From assembly GCA_043752205.1 (NCBI GenBank), contig JAYUYX010000141.1, positions 14,304-78,303 on the forward strand: DNA of 64,000 nucleotides. The letters run 5' to 3'. The notes beneath the pieces are model-generated. The model was given only the letters and a program-made list of their open reading frames with translations, searched no databases and was not told where the DNA came from. The stretch comes from Chitinophagaceae bacterium (GTDB taxonomy: Bacteria > Bacteroidota > Bacteroidia > Chitinophagales > Chitinophagaceae). Positions within the stretch are counted from its first letter, which is position 1; every line of letters starts with the position of its first letter. The translations under genes and the position numbers were made by a program. Of this stretch, positions 1 through 9,395 are shown piece by piece.

Positions 1-82
1 AATTTAGAACTACCGGTGTTGTTCGTTGAAACCTGTTTCCATAATTATTAAAAGCCATTGTACAAATTTAGTTGTTTAATCT

Positions 83-1606
83 TTATTTCAGCTTCAGCAG
101 TACCACGCATTCTATATGGTGAGTATGCGGAAACATATCTACCGGCTGAATTTTTTCAATTGCATATTTTTGGCTAAGTAAACCAAGGTCACGGGCCTGT
201 GTTGCTGTATTGCAGCTTACGTAAACAATTTTGGGTGCCGAAATTTCCAGCAGTTTATTTATCAGTTTTTCATGCATACCGGCACGTGGCGGGTCGGTAA
301 TAATCACATCGGGTCTGCCATGCTCCGAAAAAAATGCATCGTTACATATTTTGATTACATCACCGCTGAAAAATTCGGCGTGGGTAATGTTATTTAATGC
401 CGCATTCAGTTTTGCATCGGCAATGGCTTCTTCTATTACCTCAACTCCAATAATCTTTTTTGCCTGCTTACTTAAAAAAATGCCAATGCTGCCGGTACCG
501 CAATAGAGATCGTACACAATTTCATTTCCGGTAAGTGCAGCAAAGTCCCTGGTTATTCTGTATAACTTTTCTGCCTGTTTTGTATTTGTTTGAAAGAATG
601 ATTTGGCAGATATCATGAATTCAAAAGCCTCACCACCGCTCCCAGAGCCCTGCGGAGGTTCTGCGGAAAGTTTTTCTGAGGCATAACCTTTACCAAAGTA
701 AACCAGTGGTGTAAGGTCGTAGATACTATCGTTCCATTTTGGATTGATGGTATAAAGCAAAGTAGTAATTTCCGGCACCTGCTGTAAGAGATGATCGAAT
801 AGTTTTTTCCTGTCTGCCTCTTCATCATAATTTAAACAGATGTTCACCATCAGCTCGCCGGTAGTACACAGCCGTATAATTATATTGCGTAACCAGCCGG
901 TATGTTCCCGTATATCGTAAAATGAAAGATTATTTTGTAGCGCAAATGCCCGTATGGTATTCCTGATCCTGTTATTTACATCGTCCATTAAAAAGCACTC
1001 CTCAATGTCTATCACTTTATCAAAAATGCGGGGAACATGAAAACCCAATGCACCAACACCCCATCCCCCTGAAAGGGGAGATTTAGAGTCTGGGAGTACA
1101 GAAAAATTTAATTTGTTATCAGAGTCTTCAAAAGCCCCTCCTTCGGAGGGGTTTGGGGAGGCCATCTCTTCGGGCAATAAATATCTTTTGTTACTAAAAG
1201 TAAACTCCAGTTTATTCCGGTAATACACCGTATCATCAGCCCCTACAATGGGTAAAATAGCGGGCAGCTCAATTTTGCCTATCCGCCTCAGGTTTTGTTC
1301 TACTTCCTGTTGCTTGTATTGCAATTGTTTTTCATAAGGCAACATCTGCCATTTACAGCCGCCGCAAACACCAAAATGTCGGCAGAACGGGGCAACCCTC
1401 TCTTTCGACAGCTGTTTTATCTTTAAAACTCTTCCTTCAGCCCAGTCCTTTTTATTTTTGGTAAGCAGTACATCTGCCGTATCGCCAGGTACAGCCCCTG
1501 AAATAAAAATCACTTTTCCATCAAGCTTTGCAAGAGCCTTTCCTTCGGCCGCATAATCTGTAATAATGAGGTCTTCAAGTATTATTTTCTTAGTCTTTTT
1601 TCTCAC
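83..1606 (-). CDS. rlmD: 23S rRNA (uracil-5-)-methyltransferase, RumA/RlmD family
   Basis: 507-aa ORF with an N-terminal TRAM-like region and the Fe-S Cys cluster CRHFGVCGGCKWQ. SAM-MTase motif DLYCGTGSIG and C-terminal VYVSCNTATQARD...FPHTHHIECV are typical of the family. It carries an extra insert of about 36 aa (see repeat feature). Confidence 0.9.
   Translation of the reverse strand: MRKKTKKIILEDLIITDYAAEGKALAKLDGKVIFISGAVPGDTADVLLTKNKKDWAEGRVLKIKQLSKERVAPFCRHFGVCGGCKWQMLPYEKQLQYKQQEVEQNLRRIGKIELPAILPIVGADDTVYYRNKLEFTFSNKRYLLPEEMASPNPSEGGAFEDSDNKLNFSVLPDSKSPLSGGWGVGALGFHVPRIFDKVIDIEECFLMDDVNNRIRNTIRAFALQNNLSFYDIREHTGWLRNIIIRLCTTGELMVNICLNYDEEADRKKLFDHLLQQVPEITTLLYTINPKWNDSIYDLTPLVYFGKGYASEKLSAEPPQGSGSGGEAFEFMISAKSFFQTNTKQAEKLYRITRDFAALTGNEIVYDLYCGTGSIGIFLSKQAKKIIGVEVIEEAIADAKLNAALNNITHAEFFSGDVIKICNDAFFSEHGRPDVIITDPPRAGMHEKLINKLLEISAPKIVYVSCNTATQARDLGLLSQKYAIEKIQPVDMFPHTHHIECVVLLKLK
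1056..1163. repeat. GC-rich palindromic insertion of about 108 nt, in frame, inside rlmD
   Basis: Two short GC-rich stem-loops (CCCC-TGAAA-GGGG and CCCCTCC-TTC-GGAGGGG) flank an AT-rich core. The ends are imperfectly inverted (CCCCATCCCC / GGGGTTTGGGG). Length is a multiple of 3 and it encodes ASPNPSEGGAFEDSDNKLNFSVLPDSKSPLSGGWGVG between conserved blocks KLEFTFSNKRY and ALGFHVP. Confidence 0.55.
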
Positions 1607-1731
1607 GGTTGCAAAAATACCGCATTAATCCCCAATTTAATTTTGTTAACGTTTTGTAATTGTTAAAGTGCAGCACCCCCTGTATGTGCACATAAACCAC
1701 CTATTTTAAATACATTTGCTATCCTTAAATC

Positions 1732-3177
1732 ATGATGAAAAAATATTTCGTTTTATTGTTTTTCACTTTAGCCGCAAGCCCTGCTTTTACTCAGGGGTAT
1801 CAGGTAACTTTTAAACCCCAGGGGTATAAAAGCGGTATCAGCTATCTTACCTATTACATGGGTACCAATTTTAATATTGCTGACTCTGCTGCCATTGGCA
1901 ATAATGGAACCGCTGTTTTTAAGGGTACCACCAACCTTGCGCCGGGCATTTATGCCATTTTTTTTCCTGGTAAGCAGTTGAGAACCGAGTTCCTGATAGA
2001 TAAAGAACAGGAGATAACAGTTACTGCCGACACAGCCGACCTGGTAAATAAAACGGTGGTAACAGGGTCAAAAGAAAATATTTTATACTCCCAGTACCAG
2101 AAAATAGCCGCAGTTAAAGGAAGGCTTATACAGCAGGAACGTAAGGCATATAGTGCATCTACCACCCAGGCTGATTCTTTATTGCACGAAAAAAATTACA
2201 CCGGCTACACTAACGAGCTAAATGAATACCGGGAGGGGATCATAAAAAATCAGCCCAATTCCATGATGGCCGCTTTATTAAGTGCTATGAAAGAGCCTGC
2301 ATACCCTGCAAAGATTCCGCTCACAAAGCAGGATAGCATCAATAATTATAATGAATACAAAAAACATTTCTGGGACGGCATTAGCTTTATGGATGGACGC
2401 ATCATACGTACACCCTTCTTTTTAAAAAAACTGGAACGCTATTATAGGGAAGTTATCTCTCCTGAACCTGATTCCATTATCAGGGATGTTGATTATAAAT
2501 TATTGCTGGCCAGATCTGCGCCGGAGATGTATAAGTTTTTGCTCAACTGGATTACAGACGAATTTATTAACCCGAAATACATGGGGCAGGATGCAGTTTT
2601 TGTTCACCTGTTTGAGAAATACCACAGTAAAGGTTTAAGCAGCTGGCTTAACGAAAAGCAAATGGAAGCCATCAGCCGCAGGGCTTATATGCTTATGGCA
2701 AACCTTATCGGTATAAAAGCTGCAGAGCTTGAAATGCTGAATACAGAAGACAAACCCACATCTTTATACAGCCTCGATGCAGACTATACAGTTATCTCTT
2801 TTTGGGACCCCAACTGCGGACATTGTAAAGAAGAGATACCAAGACTGGATTCTATTTACAGGGCAAGCTGGAAAAAGCACAATGTGAAAATTTTTGCGGT
2901 GCTAACCCCTGATAATAAACAAAGCGTAAAACCTGAATGGCTTAGTTTTATTAAAGATCATAACCTTGGTGAATGGACCCATGTATATAGAACAAAAGAA
3001 ATGGAAGATGCAGATTATGCTGCTATGAAGCCCAGCTTCAGGCAATTGTACGATATTACCTTAACACCAACTATGTATTTGCTGGATAAAGACAAAAGGA
3101 TCATAGGCAAGAAACTAACACTCCTGCAACTAAACGATTTACTCGAGGTAAAATGGAGTGCAGCTCCATCCAATTAA
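1732..3177 (+). CDS. thioredoxin-fold (TlpA/redoxin-like) exported protein with a long N-terminal domain
   Basis: Signal peptide MMKKYFVLLFFTLAASPAFTQ and a C-terminal thioredoxin fold with redox motif WDPNCGHC. The size and architecture match large TlpA-like proteins of Bacteroidota. Confidence 0.75.
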   Translation: MMKKYFVLLFFTLAASPAFTQGYQVTFKPQGYKSGISYLTYYMGTNFNIADSAAIGNNGTAVFKGTTNLAPGIYAIFFPGKQLRTEFLIDKEQEITVTADTADLVNKTVVTGSKENILYSQYQKIAAVKGRLIQQERKAYSASTTQADSLLHEKNYTGYTNELNEYREGIIKNQPNSMMAALLSAMKEPAYPAKIPLTKQDSINNYNEYKKHFWDGISFMDGRIIRTPFFLKKLERYYREVISPEPDSIIRDVDYKLLLARSAPEMYKFLLNWITDEFINPKYMGQDAVFVHLFEKYHSKGLSSWLNEKQMEAISRRAYMLMANLIGIKAAELEMLNTEDKPTSLYSLDADYTVISFWDPNCGHCKEEIPRLDSIYRASWKKHNVKIFAVLTPDNKQSVKPEWLSFIKDHNLGEWTHVYRTKEMEDADYAAMKPSFRQLYDITLTPTMYLLDKDKRIIGKKLTLLQLNDLLEVKWSAAPSN

Positions 3178-3190
3178 AACTAACTGACTG

Positions 3191-5128
3191 ATGAAAAAAA
3201 TTTTATTGCTGTTTGCATTCACAAGCTTTGCAACCGCTATCTTTTCACAAACATTATTTACTTATGGTAATCTCTCCGTAGATAAAGGGGAGTTTATCCG
3301 TGCTTACAACAAAAACAAAACGCCTGTTAACGATAAGGAAAAAGCATTACGGGAATATCTTGACCTGTATATAAAATTTAAGTTGAAGGTAAAAGCTGCT
3401 ATGGAATTAAGGCTTGATACCTTGCCCCAGTTACAGTACGATGCCCAGAGTTTTCGCAGCCAGATAGAAGACAGTTACCTTAACAATGACAAGGCATTAA
3501 CTGGCCTGTTGAATGAAGCATTTGACCGCAGCCAGAAAGACCTGCACGTGTTGCATTTTTACATTCCTGTTGATGCGGCTTCCACACCCGAAGACACATT
3601 GAAGGCTTTTAAATCTGTGTCTACATTATACAGCGCACTTGCCGCAGGCAAAACCGATTATGATAATTTAACAGCAGCTTCGCCGGTTAAGACCAATCAC
3701 TCTGACCTGGGTTATATTACCCTGTTTGCATTACCTTATGAATATGAAAGTTTGCTGTATAATTTAAAAACCGGCCAGGCCAGTAAACCTTACCGCACAA
3801 AAAAAGGATGGCATATTTTTAAATTAGCTGGCGAAAGAAAAGCAGTGGGCAAATGGAAAGTTGCACAAATACTCTTCTCTATACCGCCAGAAGCTGATGC
3901 TGCAGCAAAAATTGCTTATCAGAAAAAGGCTGATTCTGTTTATCAATTATTAATGAATGGTGAGGACTTTGGTAAAATGGCAAGATGGTTCAGTGATGAT
4001 AAAGTTACTTATGGCAACAATGGAGAAATGGGAGAATTTGGATCTGGTAAATATGAATCTTCTTTTGAGAACGAAGTTTTTAAGTTGAAGAAAAATAACG
4101 AGATCAGCAAACCCTTTTTAACTCCTTACGGTTATCATATTGTAAAGCGGTTGTCTCAATCGCCCGTATCTATGGATAAGAGCGATCTGGCTTACCTTTT
4201 TGAATTAAAACAAAAAGTACAGCAGGACCCAAGAATAAATACCGCAAAAGATCTTTTTGTAAAAGAAGTTTTAAAGCAGGTGGGGTTTAAAAAAACCGGC
4301 GCCTTTTCCGATGCTGATCTTTACCGCTATGCAGATAGTGTAATAGCAAAGCCAAATTCAAAAACAGATAATATAGCTATTTACCCCATTAGCAATAAAA
4401 CAATTTACAGTTTTGCAAAAACGAAATTAACTGGTAAAGCGTGGCTGGATTTTGTAAGAGAATATAAAGGCTCAGCTGAACTTTATAAGGGAGAAACCAA
4501 TGCCGCTTTAGTAGAAAAATTTATAACAACCACCGTAATGGATTATTATAAAAAAAATCTACAGGATTATAATACAGATTTCCGTTATCAGATGGAAGAG
4601 TTTAAAGATGGAAATGTACTGTTCGAGATAATGGAAAGAAATATTTGGGGGAAAGCTGCGGCAGATATGGAGGGATTACAAAAACATTATAATGCTAATA
4701 AAAATAAATATCTGTGGGCGGCGAGTGCTAATGTTATTTTATTTAACTGTGCCAGCAAAGCCATAGCTGAAAATGCAAGAGCCGCACTTGTACAGGGTAG
4801 GGATTGGAAAAAAATTGCAGAAGAAAGTAATAATAATATCCAGGCGGATTCGGGCAGGTTTGAGCTTTCACAGATCCCCGTTACAATCAATGCCGGAATG
4901 GCGCCGGGAACAATTTCTGAAATTATTATCAACACAACCGATGGCAATGCAAATTTTGTAAAACTTTTAAATCGTCATGATCCCAACCTCCCAAGAAATT
5001 TTGAAGAAGCAAGAGGATTGGTAATAAATGATTATCAAAACATATTAGAACAAAGATGGATAAATGACCTGAAGAGCAAAAACCCCGTCAAAATAAATGA
5101 AGCTGTTTTTCAGTCGTTATTAAAATAA
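3191..5128 (+). CDS. peptidyl-prolyl cis-trans isomerase, parvulin/SurA-like, exported
   Basis: Signal peptide plus two parvulin-like blocks (KGWHIFKL, PYGYHIVKR). It starts 13 nt after the preceding gene. Confidence 0.75.
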   Translation: MKKILLLFAFTSFATAIFSQTLFTYGNLSVDKGEFIRAYNKNKTPVNDKEKALREYLDLYIKFKLKVKAAMELRLDTLPQLQYDAQSFRSQIEDSYLNNDKALTGLLNEAFDRSQKDLHVLHFYIPVDAASTPEDTLKAFKSVSTLYSALAAGKTDYDNLTAASPVKTNHSDLGYITLFALPYEYESLLYNLKTGQASKPYRTKKGWHIFKLAGERKAVGKWKVAQILFSIPPEADAAAKIAYQKKADSVYQLLMNGEDFGKMARWFSDDKVTYGNNGEMGEFGSGKYESSFENEVFKLKKNNEISKPFLTPYGYHIVKRLSQSPVSMDKSDLAYLFELKQKVQQDPRINTAKDLFVKEVLKQVGFKKTGAFSDADLYRYADSVIAKPNSKTDNIAIYPISNKTIYSFAKTKLTGKAWLDFVREYKGSAELYKGETNAALVEKFITTTVMDYYKKNLQDYNTDFRYQMEEFKDGNVLFEIMERNIWGKAAADMEGLQKHYNANKNKYLWAASANVILFNCASKAIAENARAALVQGRDWKKIAEESNNNIQADSGRFELSQIPVTINAGMAPGTISEIIINTTDGNANFVKLLNRHDPNLPRNFEEARGLVINDYQNILEQRWINDLKSKNPVKINEAVFQSLLK

Positions 5129-5145
5129 TGACATAAACATGAAAG

Positions 5146-5186
5146 GAAAAAGCCTGCTGATCATTATGATTGGCAGGCTTTTTGTC
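5146..5186 (+). terminator. rho-independent terminator
   Basis: Stem AAAAAGCCTGC...GCAGGCTTTTT, with further pairing possible inside the loop, followed by a T-run. It lies 18 nt after the PPIase stop. Confidence 0.7.
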
Positions 5187-5257
5187 TAAGGGGCTATTAA
5201 GATAAAAAGGATACTTAAAGAATAACAGTATCCTAATTGTAAACTAAAAAATGAAAT

Positions 5258-5947
5258 ATGAAAAAATTGGTATTAGGATTAGTTCTAACAACAGCATTCA
5301 CTTTAGGCAGTAAAGCACAGGTTTATATTCAGGGTGGATTAAACCTTGCCAATATCAGTAAAACCAATGATGGTCAAACTGAAGAGAATAATATTCTTCC
5401 TTCCTTTAATGTTGGTGTGTTAGGCCGTTTTGGTTTGTCATCTACGTTTGATCTGGAATCAGGTCTTTTATTGACTGGCCATGGCTCAAAGGCTGAAACT
5501 TATTTCAATGGCGGGAACGATTATGTAAAAACAAAATTCAACCCTATTTATCTGCAGGTTCCATTAAATGCAGTTGTAAAAATTCCAATGACAAAAGAAT
5601 CTTCTGCATTTTTTCATGGAGGTCCTTATGTAGCGATGGGTATTGGCGGTAAGTCAAAAAGGGAATCAAAGATTGGCCCATTATTATCATCTTCTGAAAG
5701 CAGTATTGCATTTAGTAACGATGATCCCTTTACATCACAGCAGGAAGATGCCGGTTACAATAAATTAAAAAGATTTGATTTCGGTTTGAACTTTGGTGGT
5801 GGTGTTCAGTTCAGTCGTATAATATTAAAAGCCAATTACGGACTTGGGCTTGCAAAAATAAATTCAACAGAAAGTAACAATACCGCTAATGAAAAAAATA
5901 AGTATCGTACGCTTAGTTTTTCAGTAGGTATTCCACTGGGAAAATAA
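5258..5947 (+). CDS. outer-membrane beta-barrel protein (porin-family/OmpW-like)
   Basis: Signal peptide ending SKAQ, alternating hydrophobic beta-strand pattern and Gly-rich turns. The C-terminal strand SFSVGIPLGK is typical of small Bacteroidota OM barrels. Confidence 0.7.
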   Translation: MKKLVLGLVLTTAFTLGSKAQVYIQGGLNLANISKTNDGQTEENNILPSFNVGVLGRFGLSSTFDLESGLLLTGHGSKAETYFNGGNDYVKTKFNPIYLQVPLNAVVKIPMTKESSAFFHGGPYVAMGIGGKSKRESKIGPLLSSSESSIAFSNDDPFTSQQEDAGYNKLKRFDFGLNFGGGVQFSRIILKANYGLGLAKINSTESNNTANEKNKYRTLSFSVGIPLGK

Positions 5948-5966
5948 TAAACCCTGTGAAAACAAA

Positions 5967-5993
5967 AGCCCTCCTATCCGGAGGGTTTTTTTT
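5967..5993. terminator. bidirectional hairpin terminator between convergent genes
   Basis: CCCTCC-TATCC-GGAGGG stem-loop flanked by an A-run upstream and a T-run downstream. It sits between the OM barrel gene and metF. Confidence 0.65.
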
Positions 5994-6945
5994 ATACAAG
6001 TTGTTTTACTACGTTAGCTACCATATGCGGCCGGCCCAAAGTATAATAATGCAATACAGGTACTCCGAATTTTTTTAACTCCTGCGATTGATGCAACAAC
6101 CATTCTTCACCAACCTTTTCTACCTCTTCATCAGTGTTACATTTTAAAATGTCTTTGGTTAAAGCCATAGGCAGGTCAATATGAAATATTTTGGGCAGCA
6201 CTGTTAATTGCTTTTTGGTATAAATAGGTTTAAGCCCCGGAATGATTGGAACTGTGATCCCGATATCCCTGCATGCTTTTACAAAAGCAAAAAACTTCTC
6301 GTTATCAAAAAACATTTGAGTTACTATATAATCTGCACCCATATCAACTTTTAGTTTTAAATATTGCAGGTCGCTGTCCATATTTGGTGCTTCAAAATGT
6401 TTTTCAGGATAGCCTGCCACGCCAATGCAGAATTTTGTCTGGCTGGTGTTCTTCAGATCCTCCTGCAGGTATTTTCCAGCATTCAGGTCTGTAACCTGTT
6501 TTAGCAGGTCAGTTGCATATTCATGTCCGCCGGGTTCTGGTAAAAAAGCAGTTTCATTTTTGGCTGCATCGCCTCTTAATACAAGTACATTATCGATACC
6601 GAGGTAGTTCAGGTTTATTAAAGCGTCTTCCGTCTCGTTAATACCAAAGCCGCCACATATTAAATGCGGTACCGTATCCACACTGTATTTGTTCATAATT
6701 GCCGCACAAATACTTTCGGTGCCGGGACGTTTACGTACCACTACTTTTTCGAATGTACCATTGGGTGTTTTTTTGAATACATGCTCGCTACGGTGATAAG
6801 TCACATTTATATAAGCAGGCTTAAATTCCATTAAAGGATCCAGGTGCTGGTATAGTGACTGTATTCCCTTGCCCTTAAGCGGCGGTAAAATTTCAAAAGA
6901 TATAAGGGTATCCTTTGCCTGGTTAATGTGCTCTATTACTTTCAT
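5992..6945 (-). CDS. metF: methylenetetrahydrofolate reductase
   Basis: 317 aa. The N-terminus ISFEILPPLKG and the overall pattern (VTYH, GGFG, LRGD, GYPEKH, QMFFD) match the MetF family. Confidence 0.9.
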   Translation of the reverse strand: MKVIEHINQAKDTLISFEILPPLKGKGIQSLYQHLDPLMEFKPAYINVTYHRSEHVFKKTPNGTFEKVVVRKRPGTESICAAIMNKYSVDTVPHLICGGFGINETEDALINLNYLGIDNVLVLRGDAAKNETAFLPEPGGHEYATDLLKQVTDLNAGKYLQEDLKNTSQTKFCIGVAGYPEKHFEAPNMDSDLQYLKLKVDMGADYIVTQMFFDNEKFFAFVKACRDIGITVPIIPGLKPIYTKKQLTVLPKIFHIDLPMALTKDILKCNTDEEVEKVGEEWLLHQSQELKKFGVPVLHYYTLGRPHMVANVVKQLV

Positions 6946-7101
6946 GTATTAAATTAATATGCAAACTTAAGCAAGCTTGCATACATAATCAAAATGTATG
7001 AGCAGGCACAAGCAATAACTGTATCATCCATAATTTTATGATAATATCCCTATATAACCTGCCGCTTTGTTTTTGTTCTCTTACTTTTGTAAAAAAATAG
7101 T

Positions 7102-7863
7102 TTGAGTTTAACCATACATACCAAAGACCTTGTAAAGATTTATGGCAGCCGTACTGTTGTAAATAAAGTATCCTTTAATGTAAAACAGGGAGAGATTGTT
7201 GGTTTGCTTGGTCCTAACGGAGCAGGTAAAACAACATCCTTTTACCAGGTGGTTGGTTTAGTTAAACCTGACGAAGGAGAGGTTTTTTTAAACGACATCA
7301 ACATCACCAGGCTGCCCATGTATAAAAGGGCGCAAATGGGTATTGGCTACCTGCCGCAGGAAGCCAGTGTTTTCCGCAAGTTAAGTGTAGAAGATAATAT
7401 ACTGGCTGTGCTGGAAATGACAAAGCTGAGCAAGCAACAACAAAAAGATAAGCTGGAAACCCTGCTGGATGAATTTAATTTACAGCGGGTACGTAAAAAC
7501 AATGGCGACACTTTAAGTGGAGGCGAAAGGAGACGGACCGAAATTGCCCGTGCATTGGCTGTTGATCCCAAATTTATTTTACTTGATGAACCCTTTGCCG
7601 GTGTTGACCCTATTGCGGTAGAAGATATACAAGCCATTGTAGCTAAATTGAAGTTCAGAAATATTGGTATATTGATCACAGACCATAATGTAAATGAAAC
7701 CCTCTCTATTTGTGATCGGGCTTACTTATTGATTGATGGAAAAATTTTTACACACGGCACTGCTGAAGAGCTGGCAGGTGATGAACAGGTTCGCCGCTTA
7801 TACCTTGGTAAAAACTTTGAATTAAAGCGCAAGGATTATTTACATGATGAAGCTGCCCGTTAA
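7102..7863 (+). CDS. lptB: LPS export ABC transporter ATP-binding protein
   Basis: Walker [10 protein letters not shown], signature LSGGERRR and Walker [12 protein letters not shown]. Length and N-terminus are typical LptB. The only in-frame start is TTG at 7102, with a stop immediately upstream. Confidence 0.9.
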   Translation: MSLTIHTKDLVKIYGSRTVVNKVSFNVKQGEIVGLLGPNGAGKTTSFYQVVGLVKPDEGEVFLNDINITRLPMYKRAQMGIGYLPQEASVFRKLSVEDNILAVLEMTKLSKQQQKDKLETLLDEFNLQRVRKNNGDTLSGGERRRTEIARALAVDPKFILLDEPFAGVDPIAVEDIQAIVAKLKFRNIGILITDHNVNETLSICDRAYLLIDGKIFTHGTAEELAGDEQVRRLYLGKNFELKRKDYLHDEAAR

Positions 7864-7883
7864 TTATATATCTTGTCGGTGAA

Positions 7884-9395
7884 ATGAAATTGCTCTCTTC
7901 AGTCATATCTAAATTAGCCCGCATGCGCCTTTGGCGTATCGAAAACTGGAGTAATCACCCCGTTGCATTACAGCGTGAAGTTTTACAGGATCTGGTTACT
8001 GCTGCACAATACACTGAGTTTGGAAGGAAATATAAATTTTCAAAATTATTTACGCTTAAAGAGTTTAAGAAAAATGTACCTATCCATGGCTATGATGATA
8101 TAAAATCCTACATCCTTAAAATGATGGAAGGTGAAGAAAACATTTTATGGAATACCCCGGTTAGCTGGTTTGCAAAATCTTCGGGTACCACATCAGATAA
8201 AAGCAAATTCATTCCCATAAGCGAAGAAAGCCTGTATGAAAATCATTTTAAAGCAAGCAAAGACCTCCTTAGTAATTATTACAAAAACTTTCCGTCCAGC
8301 GATCTCTTAACAGGCAAGGGACTGGTGGTTGGTGGCTCTCACCAGATAAGTAAAGTAAACGAGCTGGTTCAATATGGAGATCTGAGTGCAGTGCTTATGC
8401 AGAATTCTCCCTTTTGGGGGCAATGGATACGTACACCTGAGCTTAGCGTTGCTTTACTTGATGAATGGGAAAATAAGATCGAGCAATTGGCACAGGTAAC
8501 AGCTAATGAAAATGTAACTTCTTTAGCAGGTGTACCCACATGGACCTTATTGTTATTGAAAAGGATACTGGAGATAACAGGAAAACAAACAATAAAAGAA
8601 GTGTGGCCAAATTTAGAGCTTTACATTAATGGCGGTGTATCATTTGTTCCTTACAAAGATCAGTTTGACAAAATAATAGGCGACAAAATTAATTACCTGG
8701 AAATTTACAATGCAAGCGAGGGTTTTATAGCAGCGCAGGTTACGCCGGATGATGATGGTATGTTGTTGTTTACCAACCATGGCATCTTTTATGAGTTTAT
8801 GCCGGTTGAAGAACATGGAAATGATAATCCTCAAACAGTAGGATTAAAAAATGTTGTTCCCGGAAAAAACTATGCCCTTGTAATAAGCACCACCGGTGGC
8901 TTGTGGCGGTACCTGATCGGCGATACCGTTCAATTTACAAGCCTTAATCCATACAAAATAAAAATAACCGGCAGGTTAAAGCATTACATGAATGCTTTTG
9001 GCGAAGAAGTAATTGTAGATAACAGTGATAATGCAATTGCTTATGCTGCCGGAAAAACAAATGCTATTGTTAATGACTATACTGCGGCCCCTGTTTACTT
9101 CAGCGAAAACAGCAATGGCGCCCACGAATGGTTGATCGAGTTTGAAAAAGAACCCGATGATTTTGATAAATTTATTTTTGAGCTGGATGACCATTTAAAA
9201 AATGTAAACAGTGATTACGAGGCCAAGCGGCATAAAAATATTGCATTGAGGTTACCAATCGTACATAAATTAGCAACAGGCACATTTACAAACTGGCTAC
9301 GCAGTAAAGGAAAGCTTGGCGGACAGCATAAAGTTCCCAGGCTAAGCAATGAGCGAACAATGCTGGAAGAAATCTTAAGTTTATCCCTTAAATAA
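7884..9395 (+). CDS. GH3 (auxin-responsive-promoter) family acyl-adenylate-forming enzyme
   Basis: 503 aa. Adenylation motif SSGTTSDKSKFIP and the overall GH3 pattern (YNASEGF, RYLIGD) are present. Confidence 0.85.
   Translation: MKLLSSVISKLARMRLWRIENWSNHPVALQREVLQDLVTAAQYTEFGRKYKFSKLFTLKEFKKNVPIHGYDDIKSYILKMMEGEENILWNTPVSWFAKSSGTTSDKSKFIPISEESLYENHFKASKDLLSNYYKNFPSSDLLTGKGLVVGGSHQISKVNELVQYGDLSAVLMQNSPFWGQWIRTPELSVALLDEWENKIEQLAQVTANENVTSLAGVPTWTLLLLKRILEITGKQTIKEVWPNLELYINGGVSFVPYKDQFDKIIGDKINYLEIYNASEGFIAAQVTPDDDGMLLFTNHGIFYEFMPVEEHGNDNPQTVGLKNVVPGKNYALVISTTGGLWRYLIGDTVQFTSLNPYKIKITGRLKHYMNAFGEEVIVDNSDNAIAYAAGKTNAIVNDYTAAPVYFSENSNGAHEWLIEFEKEPDDFDKFIFELDDHLKNVNSDYEAKRHKNIALRLPIVHKLATGTFTNWLRSKGKLGGQHKVPRLSNERTMLEEILSLSLK

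Noticed and set aside
5139-5189. A mini-ORF (MKGKSLLIIMIGRLFV*) between the PPIase gene and the OM barrel gene.
   Set aside because: It coincides exactly with the terminator hairpin, so its hydrophobic translation is a by-product of the palindrome.
6960-6985. The palindrome GCAAGCTTGC, with flanking ATGCAA/TTGCAT, in the metF/lptB divergent region. A similar 10-bp palindrome GCAATATTGC lies at 43279-43288.
   Set aside because: Isolated 10-bp palindromes occur by chance at this sequence length. There is no second copy and no link to a nearby regulator.
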